From positions 1-36,078 of the IMG/VR virus record IMGVR_UViG_3300042507_004176: 36,078 bases of DNA. One strand, written 5' to 3'. Position 1 is the first letter of the stretch, and every line of letters starts with the position of its first letter. Positions 17,753-25,911 of this stretch are shown here, piece after piece. Below the pieces are notes generated by a model. The model was not told where the DNA came from and made no database searches. It worked only from the letters and a program-made list of their open reading frames with translations. The stretch is from a virus (lineage: Duplodnaviria; Caudoviricetes). The translations under genes and the position numbers were made by a program.

Positions 17753-19180
17753 TTAGCGGAATATCACGGCTTCGCCCGCGCCGTCAACGTTCGTGTTTAG
17801 GAAGTCAACGGCTATGTATCGAAAGGCGTCGGCGGCGTGCTTCAAGTCGTCGTTTAGCCCCGTCCAATGGCGAAGCGTCTTCAAGAGCGTAGGGCACTTC
17901 TCAGATACGTAGATCCGATCCTCAGCGAACCCGAAGTTGATCTTCTTGCACCCGGCGACGATCGAGCCCTTCGACTTGTCAGGCGACATGACGCGGAACG
18001 GCGACTTCCGCGCCTTGACGAGCGCGGCGAAGGCCCGTTCAAGAAGCGCGTTGATCGAGAGCCCGTCGCCGAGCTTGCCCGCCGAGTTCACGTCGCCACG
18101 CATGTAGCGCACTTCCCACGGATCCCAACCGTGCGCTTCGAGCAGGGCGACGGCGCCCCGGGCGTCGTCTTCGGGCTTCGTGTTGCCGGGGCTCACGTAC
18201 TCGCCGAGCACGTACAGTTCGAACCCGTCGCCCGTCTCTACGACGCCGACGAGCAAGATCACTTGCGCCCCGGTCTTCTCGCCGTGATCGCCGCCGAAGA
18301 ACAAGAGATAGTCGAGATCGGGCGGCGTGGCGAATACGTGCCGCTTCTCGTTGAACGCGCCGAAGACGCGCCCCGTCGTCACGCCGTCCCACGCGCCGTT
18401 TACGCGCTGCTCGTACTCGCTCGGAAGGTACGCCGAGCAGATCCCGTCTATCAAGGCTTGCGAGTAGAAGGGGCAGTCTTCGACGGTCAAGCGGATCAAG
18501 TGATCCGCGATCTTCTTATCTTCTACCTGCTTCTTTAGCCATTCGACGGCGCGACCGATCGGCGTGTACGTTAGCCACATGTCGCCTTCACGCGCGAGCA
18601 GGCGGGCGATCAACTCCGAGTAATGCGACTCCTTCGGCGGCTCGTCGCACCATACGAAGTCGAGCGTATCGCCCGAGTGCGCGAGCGTGCCTTGCCACGC
18701 GGTATAGACTTCGCACGTCGAACCGTTGCGAAGGATCAAGGTGCCCTTCTTGAAGCCGCCCACGCGGATCATTTCGGGCAGTTGCGACGGGTGACAATCC
18801 GGCAAGCACACGGGGTTGATCTCGTCAAGCGGGATCATGTCGAAGAGTGCGCGTTGTACCACGCGACTTTGCTTGAACGAGTACGTTACCACGCGACCGT
18901 GGATCGGCGGCTTCTTTACCGGGTAGTTCGGGTGAACGCCGAGCATGCGGTAGGCGGCTTCACGAGCGCCCGCCTTCGTCTTACCCGCCTGATTGCACCC
19001 GCGAAGCGAGCGCACCCGCGAGCGATCCGCGTGGAAAGCTACTTGCTTCGGCGAGTTCTCGGGCGGGTAGTTACGATGGATCTTCGCCAAGAGCGCGTCG
19101 CGGCGGGTTTGGCGAAGGGCGTACTCTCGAAGAACCGCCGACTCGCCGTAGCGCGTCACGTAGTCGGCTTCGGGCGTCAT
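17753..19180 (-). CDS. terL: Terminase large subunit, 475 aa
   Basis: KQVAFH, Walker A GCNQAGKT, Walker B VWCDEPP, TYTP, nuclease motifs GGDHG and HAADAFRY. Confidence 0.93.
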   Translation of the reverse strand: MTPEADYVTRYGESAVLREYALRQTRRDALLAKIHRNYPPENSPKQVAFHADRSRVRSLRGCNQAGKTKAGAREAAYRMLGVHPNYPVKKPPIHGRVVTYSFKQSRVVQRALFDMIPLDEINPVCLPDCHPSQLPEMIRVGGFKKGTLILRNGSTCEVYTAWQGTLAHSGDTLDFVWCDEPPKESHYSELIARLLAREGDMWLTYTPIGRAVEWLKKQVEDKKIADHLIRLTVEDCPFYSQALIDGICSAYLPSEYEQRVNGAWDGVTTGRVFGAFNEKRHVFATPPDLDYLLFFGGDHGEKTGAQVILLVGVVETGDGFELYVLGEYVSPGNTKPEDDARGAVALLEAHGWDPWEVRYMRGDVNSAGKLGDGLSINALLERAFAALVKARKSPFRVMSPDKSKGSIVAGCKKINFGFAEDRIYVSEKCPTLLKTLRHWTGLNDDLKHAADAFRYIAVDFLNTNVDGAGEAVIFR

Positions 19181-19686
19181 GGTAGCACCTTGACGCGCGC
19201 CCGGCGTTCGAGCGCCACGCGCGCCGCTTCTTCGATCTGCTCGTCGGTTAGCGCGCTAAGATCTTCGATCTCGATCGTGTTGCCCGTCTCGTTGTTGTGG
19301 ATATCCACCTTCAAGCCGCGAGCGAAGCCGCCGCGATCGAGCAGTTCGACGGCGCACTTGATCCGCTCCTTCGTCGTCGCCGTCGTATCGTTCAACGTGT
19401 CGCGAAGGTAGCGGATCGCTTCGAGCGTGCCCGCGTCAAGCTCCCGAGACGCCGCGTTGCGTCGCTGCTCGAATACCGACTTCACGATCGCGATCGTCTC
19501 GGCGCGACGGGCGACGCTCCGCACTTCTTCGCGCGTCATGGCGAGATCGGAAGCGATCTCGGCGATCGTCTTGCCGATGATCAACCGTTCCGCCACGCGC
19601 TCGCACTTGGCGGGCAGCGCGGATAGTTCGCGCTGCTCGTTCGGTTTGTCCATGCGTGCGGATTGTGCGCGCGAGAAGATGCCCAT
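19177..19686 (-). CDS. terS: Terminase small subunit (HTH)
   Basis: HTH TIAEIASDLAMTREEV; ELLDRGG and DLSALTDEQI motifs; ATGA overlap with terL. Confidence 0.8.
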   Translation of the reverse strand: MGIFSRAQSARMDKPNEQRELSALPAKCERVAERLIIGKTIAEIASDLAMTREEVRSVARRAETIAIVKSVFEQRRNAASRELDAGTLEAIRYLRDTLNDTTATTKERIKCAVELLDRGGFARGLKVDIHNNETGNTIEIEDLSALTDEQIEEAARVALERRARVKVLP

Positions 19687-19695
19687 TAGGGCGAA

Positions 19696-19725
19696 AGGCT
19701 AACCGCGCTAACGCCCCGACGGCAA
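19696..19725 (-). promoter_or_regulatory. Putative promoter for the packaging operon
   Basis: TTGCCG-18-TAGCCT. Confidence 0.5.
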
Positions 19726-19730
19726 GCGCC

Positions 19731-20015
19731 CTACTTCAAGGCGTGAATCAGGCGCGCGGCGTCAAGCGACGAGAGCTTGTCGAAGGGCGCGAAGTAGTAG
19801 CCCGAGCCGAGCAGTTCGACGCACTTACCTTCCGCCACGCGCTCGAACGGCAAGCGCCGAAGGGCTCCTTCGTACTGCTCGGCGTCGTAGGGCTCGTCAA
19901 CGAACGCGGGCGCCCCGGGCTCGGCGAGCACCCGGCGGGCTTCCGCTTCGAGATCGGCGACGAGACGCGGGAACGTGGGCCGAAGCCCGGGGAAGAGTGA
20001 AGGGCGGCGCGTCAT
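19731..20015 (-). CDS. Hypothetical protein, 94 aa
   Basis: ATGA-coupled to the upstream gene. Confidence 0.65.
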   Translation of the reverse strand: MTRRPSLFPGLRPTFPRLVADLEAEARRVLAEPGAPAFVDEPYDAEQYEGALRRLPFERVAEGKCVELLGSGYYFAPFDKLSSLDAARLIHALK

Positions 20016-20224
20016 ACGTTCCAACCGTGAACCTTGGCGGCTTCGGTGTACCACGTACACACGGCGTAGACGACGGCGAAGCCGCCGCCCGCTCGAACGG
20101 TGCGTTTGAAGATCCTCACCTTCGCGATCCGTTGCGACGTGCGCCATTCGCGAGCGCACGTCGTCGCGCCGTCGCGATCGGTGTAGACTTCGACGAGATC
20201 GGCGCCGCCGTGCGTGCGGTTCAT
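20012..20224 (-). CDS. Hypothetical protein, 70 aa
   Basis: ATGA-coupled on both sides. Confidence 0.65.
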   Translation of the reverse strand: MNRTHGGADLVEVYTDRDGATTCAREWRTSQRIAKVRIFKRTVRAGGGFAVVYAVCTWYTEAAKVHGWNV

Positions 20225-20619
20225 GCCGCCGCCTTCGGCGTCCATACGCCGGGCCTCGTCTCGGAGTAGTCCCGATCGAGCTTCGCGGCTCGCGCGAGCT
20301 TGATCGCGATCCTCGCCACCTTGGCGGGCGCGGGCAAGTGCAACCCCGGGCCCGAGTTCAAGATATCGCCCGTGCGGAAGCATACGGTAGCGTCGAACTG
20401 CTCGCCGTTGTCGAAGCCGTGCCCGAAGTCGCGGCGGCGGGAGACGAGCAGCGACCAAACTCCGTACTCGGCGCGCACGTTCACGAAGAACGTCGAACCG
20501 AGCGACACGCGATCGACGTGAACCGCTTTCACGGTGTAGTCGGCGGGGTTGATCGAGATCTCGCCGAGCGTGCGCTTCACGACGCGGGCGACGCTTCCGA
20601 AGTTCTTGGTACGGGGCAT
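20221..20619 (-). CDS. Hypothetical protein, 132 aa
   Basis: AAGGAG SD; promoter upstream. Confidence 0.8.
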   Translation of the reverse strand: MPRTKNFGSVARVVKRTLGEISINPADYTVKAVHVDRVSLGSTFFVNVRAEYGVWSLLVSRRRDFGHGFDNGEQFDATVCFRTGDILNSGPGLHLPAPAKVARIAIKLARAAKLDRDYSETRPGVWTPKAAA

Positions 20620-20650
20620 GTTGAAGACTCCTTGTTCGGGTTGCTCAACT

Positions 20651-20679
20651 ACTCTATAGGATGCGCGTTACGCCCGCAA
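20651..20679 (-). promoter_or_regulatory. Sigma70-like promoter with GTAACGCGCAT box
   Basis: TTGCGG-17-TAGAGT; box at 20661-20671. Confidence 0.7.
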
Positions 20680-20709
20680 CAACTTTCGTACTAATAGTTA
20701 GTAGCCGAG

Positions 20710-21264
20710 TTAGAACGGGTCTTTACTCAACTTCCCTTCGAGCCGAAGCGCCACCATGCCGAGCCCCGCCGCATCGATCGCGTTGTGAACGAGCGCCCGC
20801 TTCTCAGGTACGACGACGCGATCGAGCCATGCGCGCCGCCCGAGCCAACCCCGGATCCGTTCGAGCATGATCGGCTTAGGTACTTGCCCTTTCCAATCCC
20901 GAGCGAGCACGCCGCCGACTTCGACGCCCGGGAAGACCATAGCCACGGCGCCGACGACGCCGCTAAGCTCCAAGAGATCAGCGGGATCTTTGTCGAAGCC
21001 GCCGCGCCCCGCATAGACTTTCGTTTGTTCGACGACGAGCCGATCGGGGCGCGTGCGAGGATCGTCGCCGAGCCACGCGATCGACAACGCCACGCCCCGC
21101 CACACTCGCGGGCCCCGCTCTAAGGTGCCGTCGCCGTCTCGGCGCACGGAGTTAGTTCGAAGTCGCGCCGGGCCCGGCGAGTACCACGCTTGAACGAGTT
21201 CGAGCCCTTCGAAGAGCGCCACGCCGAGCCCGTCTAATCCCGGATCAACCGCCAAAGTTCGCAT
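20710..21264 (-). CDS. RuvC-like Holliday junction resolvase, 184 aa
   Basis: LAVDPG, LVVE, WKG and HNAIDAAGL acidic motifs of the RuvC fold. Confidence 0.85.
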   Translation of the reverse strand: MRTLAVDPGLDGLGVALFEGLELVQAWYSPGPARLRTNSVRRDGDGTLERGPRVWRGVALSIAWLGDDPRTRPDRLVVEQTKVYAGRGGFDKDPADLLELSGVVGAVAMVFPGVEVGGVLARDWKGQVPKPIMLERIRGWLGRRAWLDRVVVPEKRALVHNAIDAAGLGMVALRLEGKLSKDPF

Positions 21265-21270
21265 GCCCGA

Positions 21271-21299
21271 AGCCTAACCCGGCGCGGCGTCAAGTGCAA
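21271..21299 (-). promoter_or_regulatory. Promoter for resolvase, probably leaderless mRNA
   Basis: TTGCAC-17-TAGGCT, then 6 nt to ATG with no SD. Confidence 0.55.
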
Positions 21300-21416
21300 G
21301 ACTTCGCCTTTCGCGTCGCGACTACACAAACGCACTTATCCACGTACTAACTACGAAAGACAGTAGGCGTCGCAACGACACTTCTGTATAATCGAGCTTG
21401 TATGTACCATGACGTT

Positions 21417-21540
21417 TATGACGCGAAGGCCCCCCCTGTTTCTAAACTTCTGTAGACGCCGATCACGATTTGGTATTCGTATTTATACAACTACCAGATC
21501 ACGATCTCCGTCTATAGACTCTCTTTGGCTTCGCGTCATA
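21417..21540 (+). other. Long imperfect inverted repeat (124-nt hairpin) with AT-rich core
   Basis: TATGACGCGAAG/CTTCGCGTCATA, TCTGTAGACG/CGTCTATAGA, GATCACGATTTGGTA/TACCAGATCACGATC. Confidence 0.85.
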
Positions 21541-21546
21541 AGCGTA

Positions 21547-21656
21547 CTCACGTCATTCTGGCGAACAACGCCGGTTATTCTATGACGTGAGCATGACGCG
21601 AGAACACCGGCTCACGTCATTGTGGCGAACAACGCCGGTTATTCTATGACGTGAGC
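21547..21656. repeat. Two 46-bp direct repeats, each self-complementary, separated by 18 bp
   Basis: CTCACGTCATT(C/G)TGGCGAACAACGCCGGTTATTCTATGACGTGAGC at 21547-21592 and 21611-21656. Confidence 0.95.
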
Positions 21657-21697
21657 GTTTCGCTTGACGGATCGCCCTTCCGGCGCTAACCGTTAGC

Positions 21698-22072
21698 ATG
21701 CCCCACGTTACTACCTCCGTCACGATCTCCCCTGACACGATCCAACGACTCGCACCGTTCGGCCCGGCGCGCGTCGCGCTCGAAGCCGCGCTCTTGATCG
21801 CCGCCGCAACGGGCGACGTGGCGGGGCAGATCGAAGCCGCCAAGCGCCGCCCCTTCCGGCTCGCGCGCCCGATCGTGAACGTGCGGCTATCTCCCGGGCT
21901 CGTCAACTTCCGCGCCTACCTCTTCGAGCACTTCGACAACTTCTCGGCGTGGGCGGATACGGCGGCGCGCATGCACGCCGACGAAGCCGGGGTACTCCTT
22001 CGGGAGTGTAGCGCCAACGAGCGCGACGCCTTCGAAGCGCTGCTTTCGGCGCGCTACCCCGACAAGTCGTGA
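21698..22072 (+). CDS. Putative tandem ribbon-helix-helix DNA-binding protein, 124 aa
   Basis: Two RHH-like strand-helix starts (TTSVTISPDTIQRL and IVNVRLSPGL...NFSAWADTAAR). Confidence 0.55.
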   Translation: MPHVTTSVTISPDTIQRLAPFGPARVALEAALLIAAATGDVAGQIEAAKRRPFRLARPIVNVRLSPGLVNFRAYLFEHFDNFSAWADTAARMHADEAGVLLRECSANERDAFEALLSARYPDKS

Positions 22073-22088
22073 ACTTGCCTACTTCCGC

Positions 22089-22117
22089 TTGCGCGTTCGA
22101 GCGCGGCGGCGTACACT
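22089..22117 (+). promoter_or_regulatory. Putative promoter for primase-helicase
   Basis: TTGCGC-17-TACACT. Confidence 0.55.
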
Positions 22118-22171
22118 CTTGACGCACCCGGCGGGAACGATCAACCCGCCCCGGCGAGAGTCGGCGCGGGG

Positions 22172-24784
22172 TTGCGGCGCGGCGTATTCGGGTATGAAGC
22201 TCGGGTTCGCCGCGCCGCTTTCCCGCTCCGCTCGCGCTGGCCCCACGATCCGGAAGCGCCGTTGCTCCTACCCGTAGCCATTACCCGCCGCAAAGCCGAC
22301 GCAACGCCGGAAGCGGTAGAGATTGACTATCCGAAGCACTTGCTCGAAGAATGGCGGGTAGACGACGACAAAGACGGGCTTCTCTTCTCGCCCGTTACCT
22401 TCCGTGGCGAGCGCGTGCTTCAAGACGCCGTGCTTACGGTGACGGCGCTCGTTCTCGACTACGACGACGGCACGCCGCCCGAGCAGGCGATCGAGCCGTG
22501 GGACGGCTACGACTTCACGATCTACACGACGCACTCTCACATGCGGATCACGCGCAAGGATCCGCTACCGAAGCCGAAGTTCCGGATCGTGCTCCCGCTC
22601 GCCGAGCCCGTCACGCCCGGCGCCTTCCGGGCTATGTGGGCGTGGGCAGCTACCCGCGCCGTCGGCAAGATCGATCCCGCGTGTAAGGATCTCTTCCGCC
22701 GGTACTACTGGCCCGCGCGCCATCCTGACGCGCCCGATCACTTCGCGATCCACAATCCGGGGCGGTTGCTCGCCTATGCCGACGCCCGCCCCGGCGTCGC
22801 GCCGTCCCCACACGCGCCGGGTACCCTCGCCACGAAGGCGGGGCTACTCGGCGCGCTCGCCGCCTTGCCCGTCGCGAGCCCGAAAAAGGGGCTCTTCGCG
22901 GGGATCGAGAGCGCCCGCCCCGGCGGGTTCCGCCAAGCCGAGAACGTAGACGCCATCGAAGCCGGGTGCGCGTTCATGGCGCACGCCCGCGCCGACGCCG
23001 CCGAACTGCCCGAGCCGGAATGGTACGCCGCCCTTGGCGTGTGGGCCCGGTGCGTAGACGGCGACGCCTTGGCGCACGCACGGAGCGAGCCCTACGCCGG
23101 GTACACCGAAGCCGAGACGGCGATCAAGCTCGAACGCGCCAAGGAGCACGGGCCCGCGACGTGCGCCCGGATCTCGGAGTTCTTCGACGGGTGCAAGGCG
23201 TGCCCGCACTTCAAGGCGATCACGTCGCCCGTTCAACTCGGAAGCCCCGATCCCGTCGCGGAGCCCGACGAAGCCGCCGAGCGAGCCCGAGCCGACGCCG
23301 AAGCCGCACGCGAAGCCTTGTCGCTCGCGCGGGCCCGGGTAGAGCACGCCCGCGCCGCCTACAAGGATCGCCAACGCGCCACGCGCTACACCGTAGACGA
23401 CGCCGCGCGCAACGCGGAGTGCGAGCCCGAGCGCCGCGCGCTCGAAGCCGCGATCGAAGAGCGCGACCGGGCCCACGCCTTCGCCAAGAGCGCCGAGCGC
23501 AAGGCCCGCGATCGAGCCGCCGCGAACGACGCGCCCGAAGGCGTCGAAGGTGCCGTGTGGCGGGCCTTGAAGTTGAACCCGCAAACGCAAACGCCGATCA
23601 ACTGCTACTCGAACGTCTACAAGATCGTTCGGCTCGATCCGCTGCTCGGGCGGCGCATGCGTACCAACCTCTTCGGCGACGTGCCGGAATGGGGAGGCAA
23701 GGAGCTACAAGACAACGATCTAAGCCTGATTTGCGAATACTTGGCGGATACCTACGGGCTCGAAGCACGCCTTCAAGACGTGAAGAGCGCGGTAGGCGCA
23801 ATAGCCGGGTGTACGATCTACAACCCCGCCGCCGAGTACCTTCGGGCCCTGCCCGCGTGGGACGGCGTACCCCGCTCCGAGCAGCTACTTCGCGCCGTCT
23901 TGCACGTAGACGACACGGCGGAAGGGCTCTACGCCACGTACCTACGGAAGTTCATGATCGCCGCCGTGCGCCGGGCCCTGACACCCGGCGTCAAAGCCGA
24001 CGACATGTTGGTACTGCAAGGCCCGCAAGCAGCGGGGAAGACGACGTTCGTTCAAACGCTCTTCGGGGATCGCTTCTACCATAATACCAAGTTCGATATT
24101 ACCAATAAAGACGCTTACGGGCAGATCTCGCACGGTTGGGTATACGAATGGGGCGAGCTTTCGCAGTTGCGACGCGCCGAGATCGAAGACGTGAAGAACT
24201 TCCTAAGCTCCGCGAAGGACACATACCGGAGCCCTTACGCGCACTTCGCCCGGGTTCACCTTCGGCATACCGTCTTCTTCGGAACGACGAACAACCCTAC
24301 GCCCTTGAACGATCCGAGCGGGGCGCGGCGATTCTGGATTATCCCCGTTTCCGAGAAGATCGATCTCGTACTGCTCGCGGCGTTGTTGGATCAACTTTGG
24401 GCCGAAGCCGTAGCGCGTGCCGACGCGGGCGAGTTGCACTATCTCACGGACGCCGAGAACACGCAACAACGCGCCGACGCGCTACAGTTCGAAGAAGAGG
24501 ATCCGCGCCGGCACTTGATCCAACGATGGCTCGCGCGGCGTACCGAGCCGTTTCACACTTCCGACATTTGCGTAGTGCTCGGGCTTCCGGCGGATCGAAC
24601 GACGGCGCGGAGCATCGGCACGCACCTTCGGGCCTTGAAGTGCGACTCGCGCTCACTCGAAGGCGGCACCGTGCGGCTATGGTGCCCGCCCGGCTACGGC
24701 GAGAAGACGATCCCCGGGAACGTCGTACCGGCGAACTTCGGCGATACGACGAAGAAGAGTAAAGTATTTAGCGTTTCTTCTTGA
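22172..24784 (+). CDS. Primase (AEP-type) / Cys-rich domain / VapE-VirE-type helicase fusion; start uncertain
   Basis: LVLDYDDG, YTTHSH, FRIVLPL; Cys motif C..ATC..CKAC; Walker A GPQAAGKT, YEWGEL, FFGTTN, DPSGARRF. Confidence 0.88.
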   Translation: MRRGVFGYEARVRRAAFPLRSRWPHDPEAPLLLPVAITRRKADATPEAVEIDYPKHLLEEWRVDDDKDGLLFSPVTFRGERVLQDAVLTVTALVLDYDDGTPPEQAIEPWDGYDFTIYTTHSHMRITRKDPLPKPKFRIVLPLAEPVTPGAFRAMWAWAATRAVGKIDPACKDLFRRYYWPARHPDAPDHFAIHNPGRLLAYADARPGVAPSPHAPGTLATKAGLLGALAALPVASPKKGLFAGIESARPGGFRQAENVDAIEAGCAFMAHARADAAELPEPEWYAALGVWARCVDGDALAHARSEPYAGYTEAETAIKLERAKEHGPATCARISEFFDGCKACPHFKAITSPVQLGSPDPVAEPDEAAERARADAEAAREALSLARARVEHARAAYKDRQRATRYTVDDAARNAECEPERRALEAAIEERDRAHAFAKSAERKARDRAAANDAPEGVEGAVWRALKLNPQTQTPINCYSNVYKIVRLDPLLGRRMRTNLFGDVPEWGGKELQDNDLSLICEYLADTYGLEARLQDVKSAVGAIAGCTIYNPAAEYLRALPAWDGVPRSEQLLRAVLHVDDTAEGLYATYLRKFMIAAVRRALTPGVKADDMLVLQGPQAAGKTTFVQTLFGDRFYHNTKFDITNKDAYGQISHGWVYEWGELSQLRRAEIEDVKNFLSSAKDTYRSPYAHFARVHLRHTVFFGTTNNPTPLNDPSGARRFWIIPVSEKIDLVLLAALLDQLWAEAVARADAGELHYLTDAENTQQRADALQFEEEDPRRHLIQRWLARRTEPFHTSDICVVLGLPADRTTARSIGTHLRALKCDSRSLEGGTVRLWCPPGYGEKTIPGNVVPANFGDTTKKSKVFSVSS

Positions 24785-24810
24785 CGCGCGTAACGCGCAT
24801 GGGGTAAGGT
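24781..24810 (+). promoter_or_regulatory. Sigma70-like promoter with GTAACGCGCAT box
   Basis: TTGACG-18-TAAGGT; box at 24790-24800. Confidence 0.7.
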
Positions 24811-24836
24811 GCTTTCACCTTCAAGGGGCTTCTACA

Positions 24837-24986
24837 ATGGACGAGTTCAAGTCGAACAAGGGGATCGGGCCCGGCGGGGCGAAGTGCCCTTGTTGCGTGC
24901 GCGCCGATAAGCGCCGGCTTCGCCAGATCGCGCGTAGCCGCTTGAAGCAAGAGGATCGCCGCATCGAAGCCGGGCGCGAATCGTGA
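24837..24986 (+). CDS. Small basic CxCC protein, 49 aa
   Basis: MDEFKSNKGIGPGGAKCPCCVRADKRRLRQIARSRLKQEDRRIEAGRES; AAGGGG SD; GTGA overlap with next gene; below the ORF-track cutoff. Confidence 0.75.
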   Translation: MDEFKSNKGIGPGGAKCPCCVRADKRRLRQIARSRLKQEDRRIEAGRES

Positions 24987-25714
24987 TCCCCGAAACCGTC
25001 GCCTTCCGCCCGGCGTACCTTGCCGCGCCCTTCGCCGCGAAGCCCGAGTTCGACTTGTCGGCACTCGACAACACGATCCGCGCCCGAAGCCTTGCTCACT
25101 TCGCGATCGAGCGTGAGCAGATCGCCCCGGTGTACGTTCACGAAGCCGTGTGGCTCGGCGCGTTCGGCGACGACAACAAGCCCGAAGACCGCGAGCGCGG
25201 GCTTCTCGCGAGCTTGGCGATTGCGGAAGCTATCGCCGTGGCGGGCGGCGAGTTGTGGCTTCTCGAACTGCCCGACGGCTCGTTGTCGCACGGCGTCGAA
25301 CGCGAGCTTCGGGCCTTCGTCGAAGCCGCGCACTCGGCGGGGCATGTCGCAACCGTGCGGCGTTGGCATTCGTGCGCCTTCTCGGAGAACTGCCCCGGCT
25401 TCGATCTCGTGAGCACCCGCCACATGCGCCCGAACGACGCGCCCGACCCCGTAGACGAGTTCGGCGGCGTTCATTGTGCCGGGTGCGCGACCGTTCACGG
25501 CGAGCCCGACTATTGCCCCGAGTGCGGGCGGCGTCGCCGACACCCGGGCGAAGACGAGCCGCAAGCCGCGAGCGAATGCCCGAAGGGCGCGGAGTTCGCC
25601 GTAAAGATCGTCTCGTGTAAGTTCGAAGTTCACGCCGCCGACGGCTCGGTAGCCCTTCACGAAGGGCCCTTGGAGTCGTTGAAGGCGATCATTGCGCGAC
25701 GGCTGCCCGAGTGA
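24983..25714 (+). CDS. Nucleoside deoxyribosyltransferase-like (DUF4406-type) domain plus Zn ribbon, 243 aa
   Basis: YLAAPF...H...DD..PEDRERGL...SHGVERE pattern; CxxC...CPEC. Confidence 0.6.
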   Translation: MIPETVAFRPAYLAAPFAAKPEFDLSALDNTIRARSLAHFAIEREQIAPVYVHEAVWLGAFGDDNKPEDRERGLLASLAIAEAIAVAGGELWLLELPDGSLSHGVERELRAFVEAAHSAGHVATVRRWHSCAFSENCPGFDLVSTRHMRPNDAPDPVDEFGGVHCAGCATVHGEPDYCPECGRRRRHPGEDEPQAASECPKGAEFAVKIVSCKFEVHAADGSVALHEGPLESLKAIIARRLPE

Positions 25715-25911
25715 CGCCCCGCCCCTTGCCCTTCGAGCAAGTACGCGCGATCAACGACGTGATCGAAGCGGGCAACCGAGAGATCGCGCGGATCATGTCG
25801 AACGCGAGCTTCACGCTCGAAGCGCAGTTGTCGGCGGCGCGCGAAGTCGCGACCGTCGTAAGCAATACCGCGCTATCGGTACAAGCGATCGTCGCCGGGG
25901 CGTACTCGTAA
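25711..25911 (+). CDS. Hypothetical protein, 66 aa
   Basis: GTGA and TAATG coupling. Confidence 0.65.
   Translation: MTPRPLPFEQVRAINDVIEAGNREIARIMSNASFTLEAQLSAAREVATVVSNTALSVQAIVAGAYS

Noticed and set aside
21547-21656. Mini CRISPR array
   Set aside because: Only two 46-bp units; the 18-bp spacer is too short and itself contains the ATGACG motif; no cas operon
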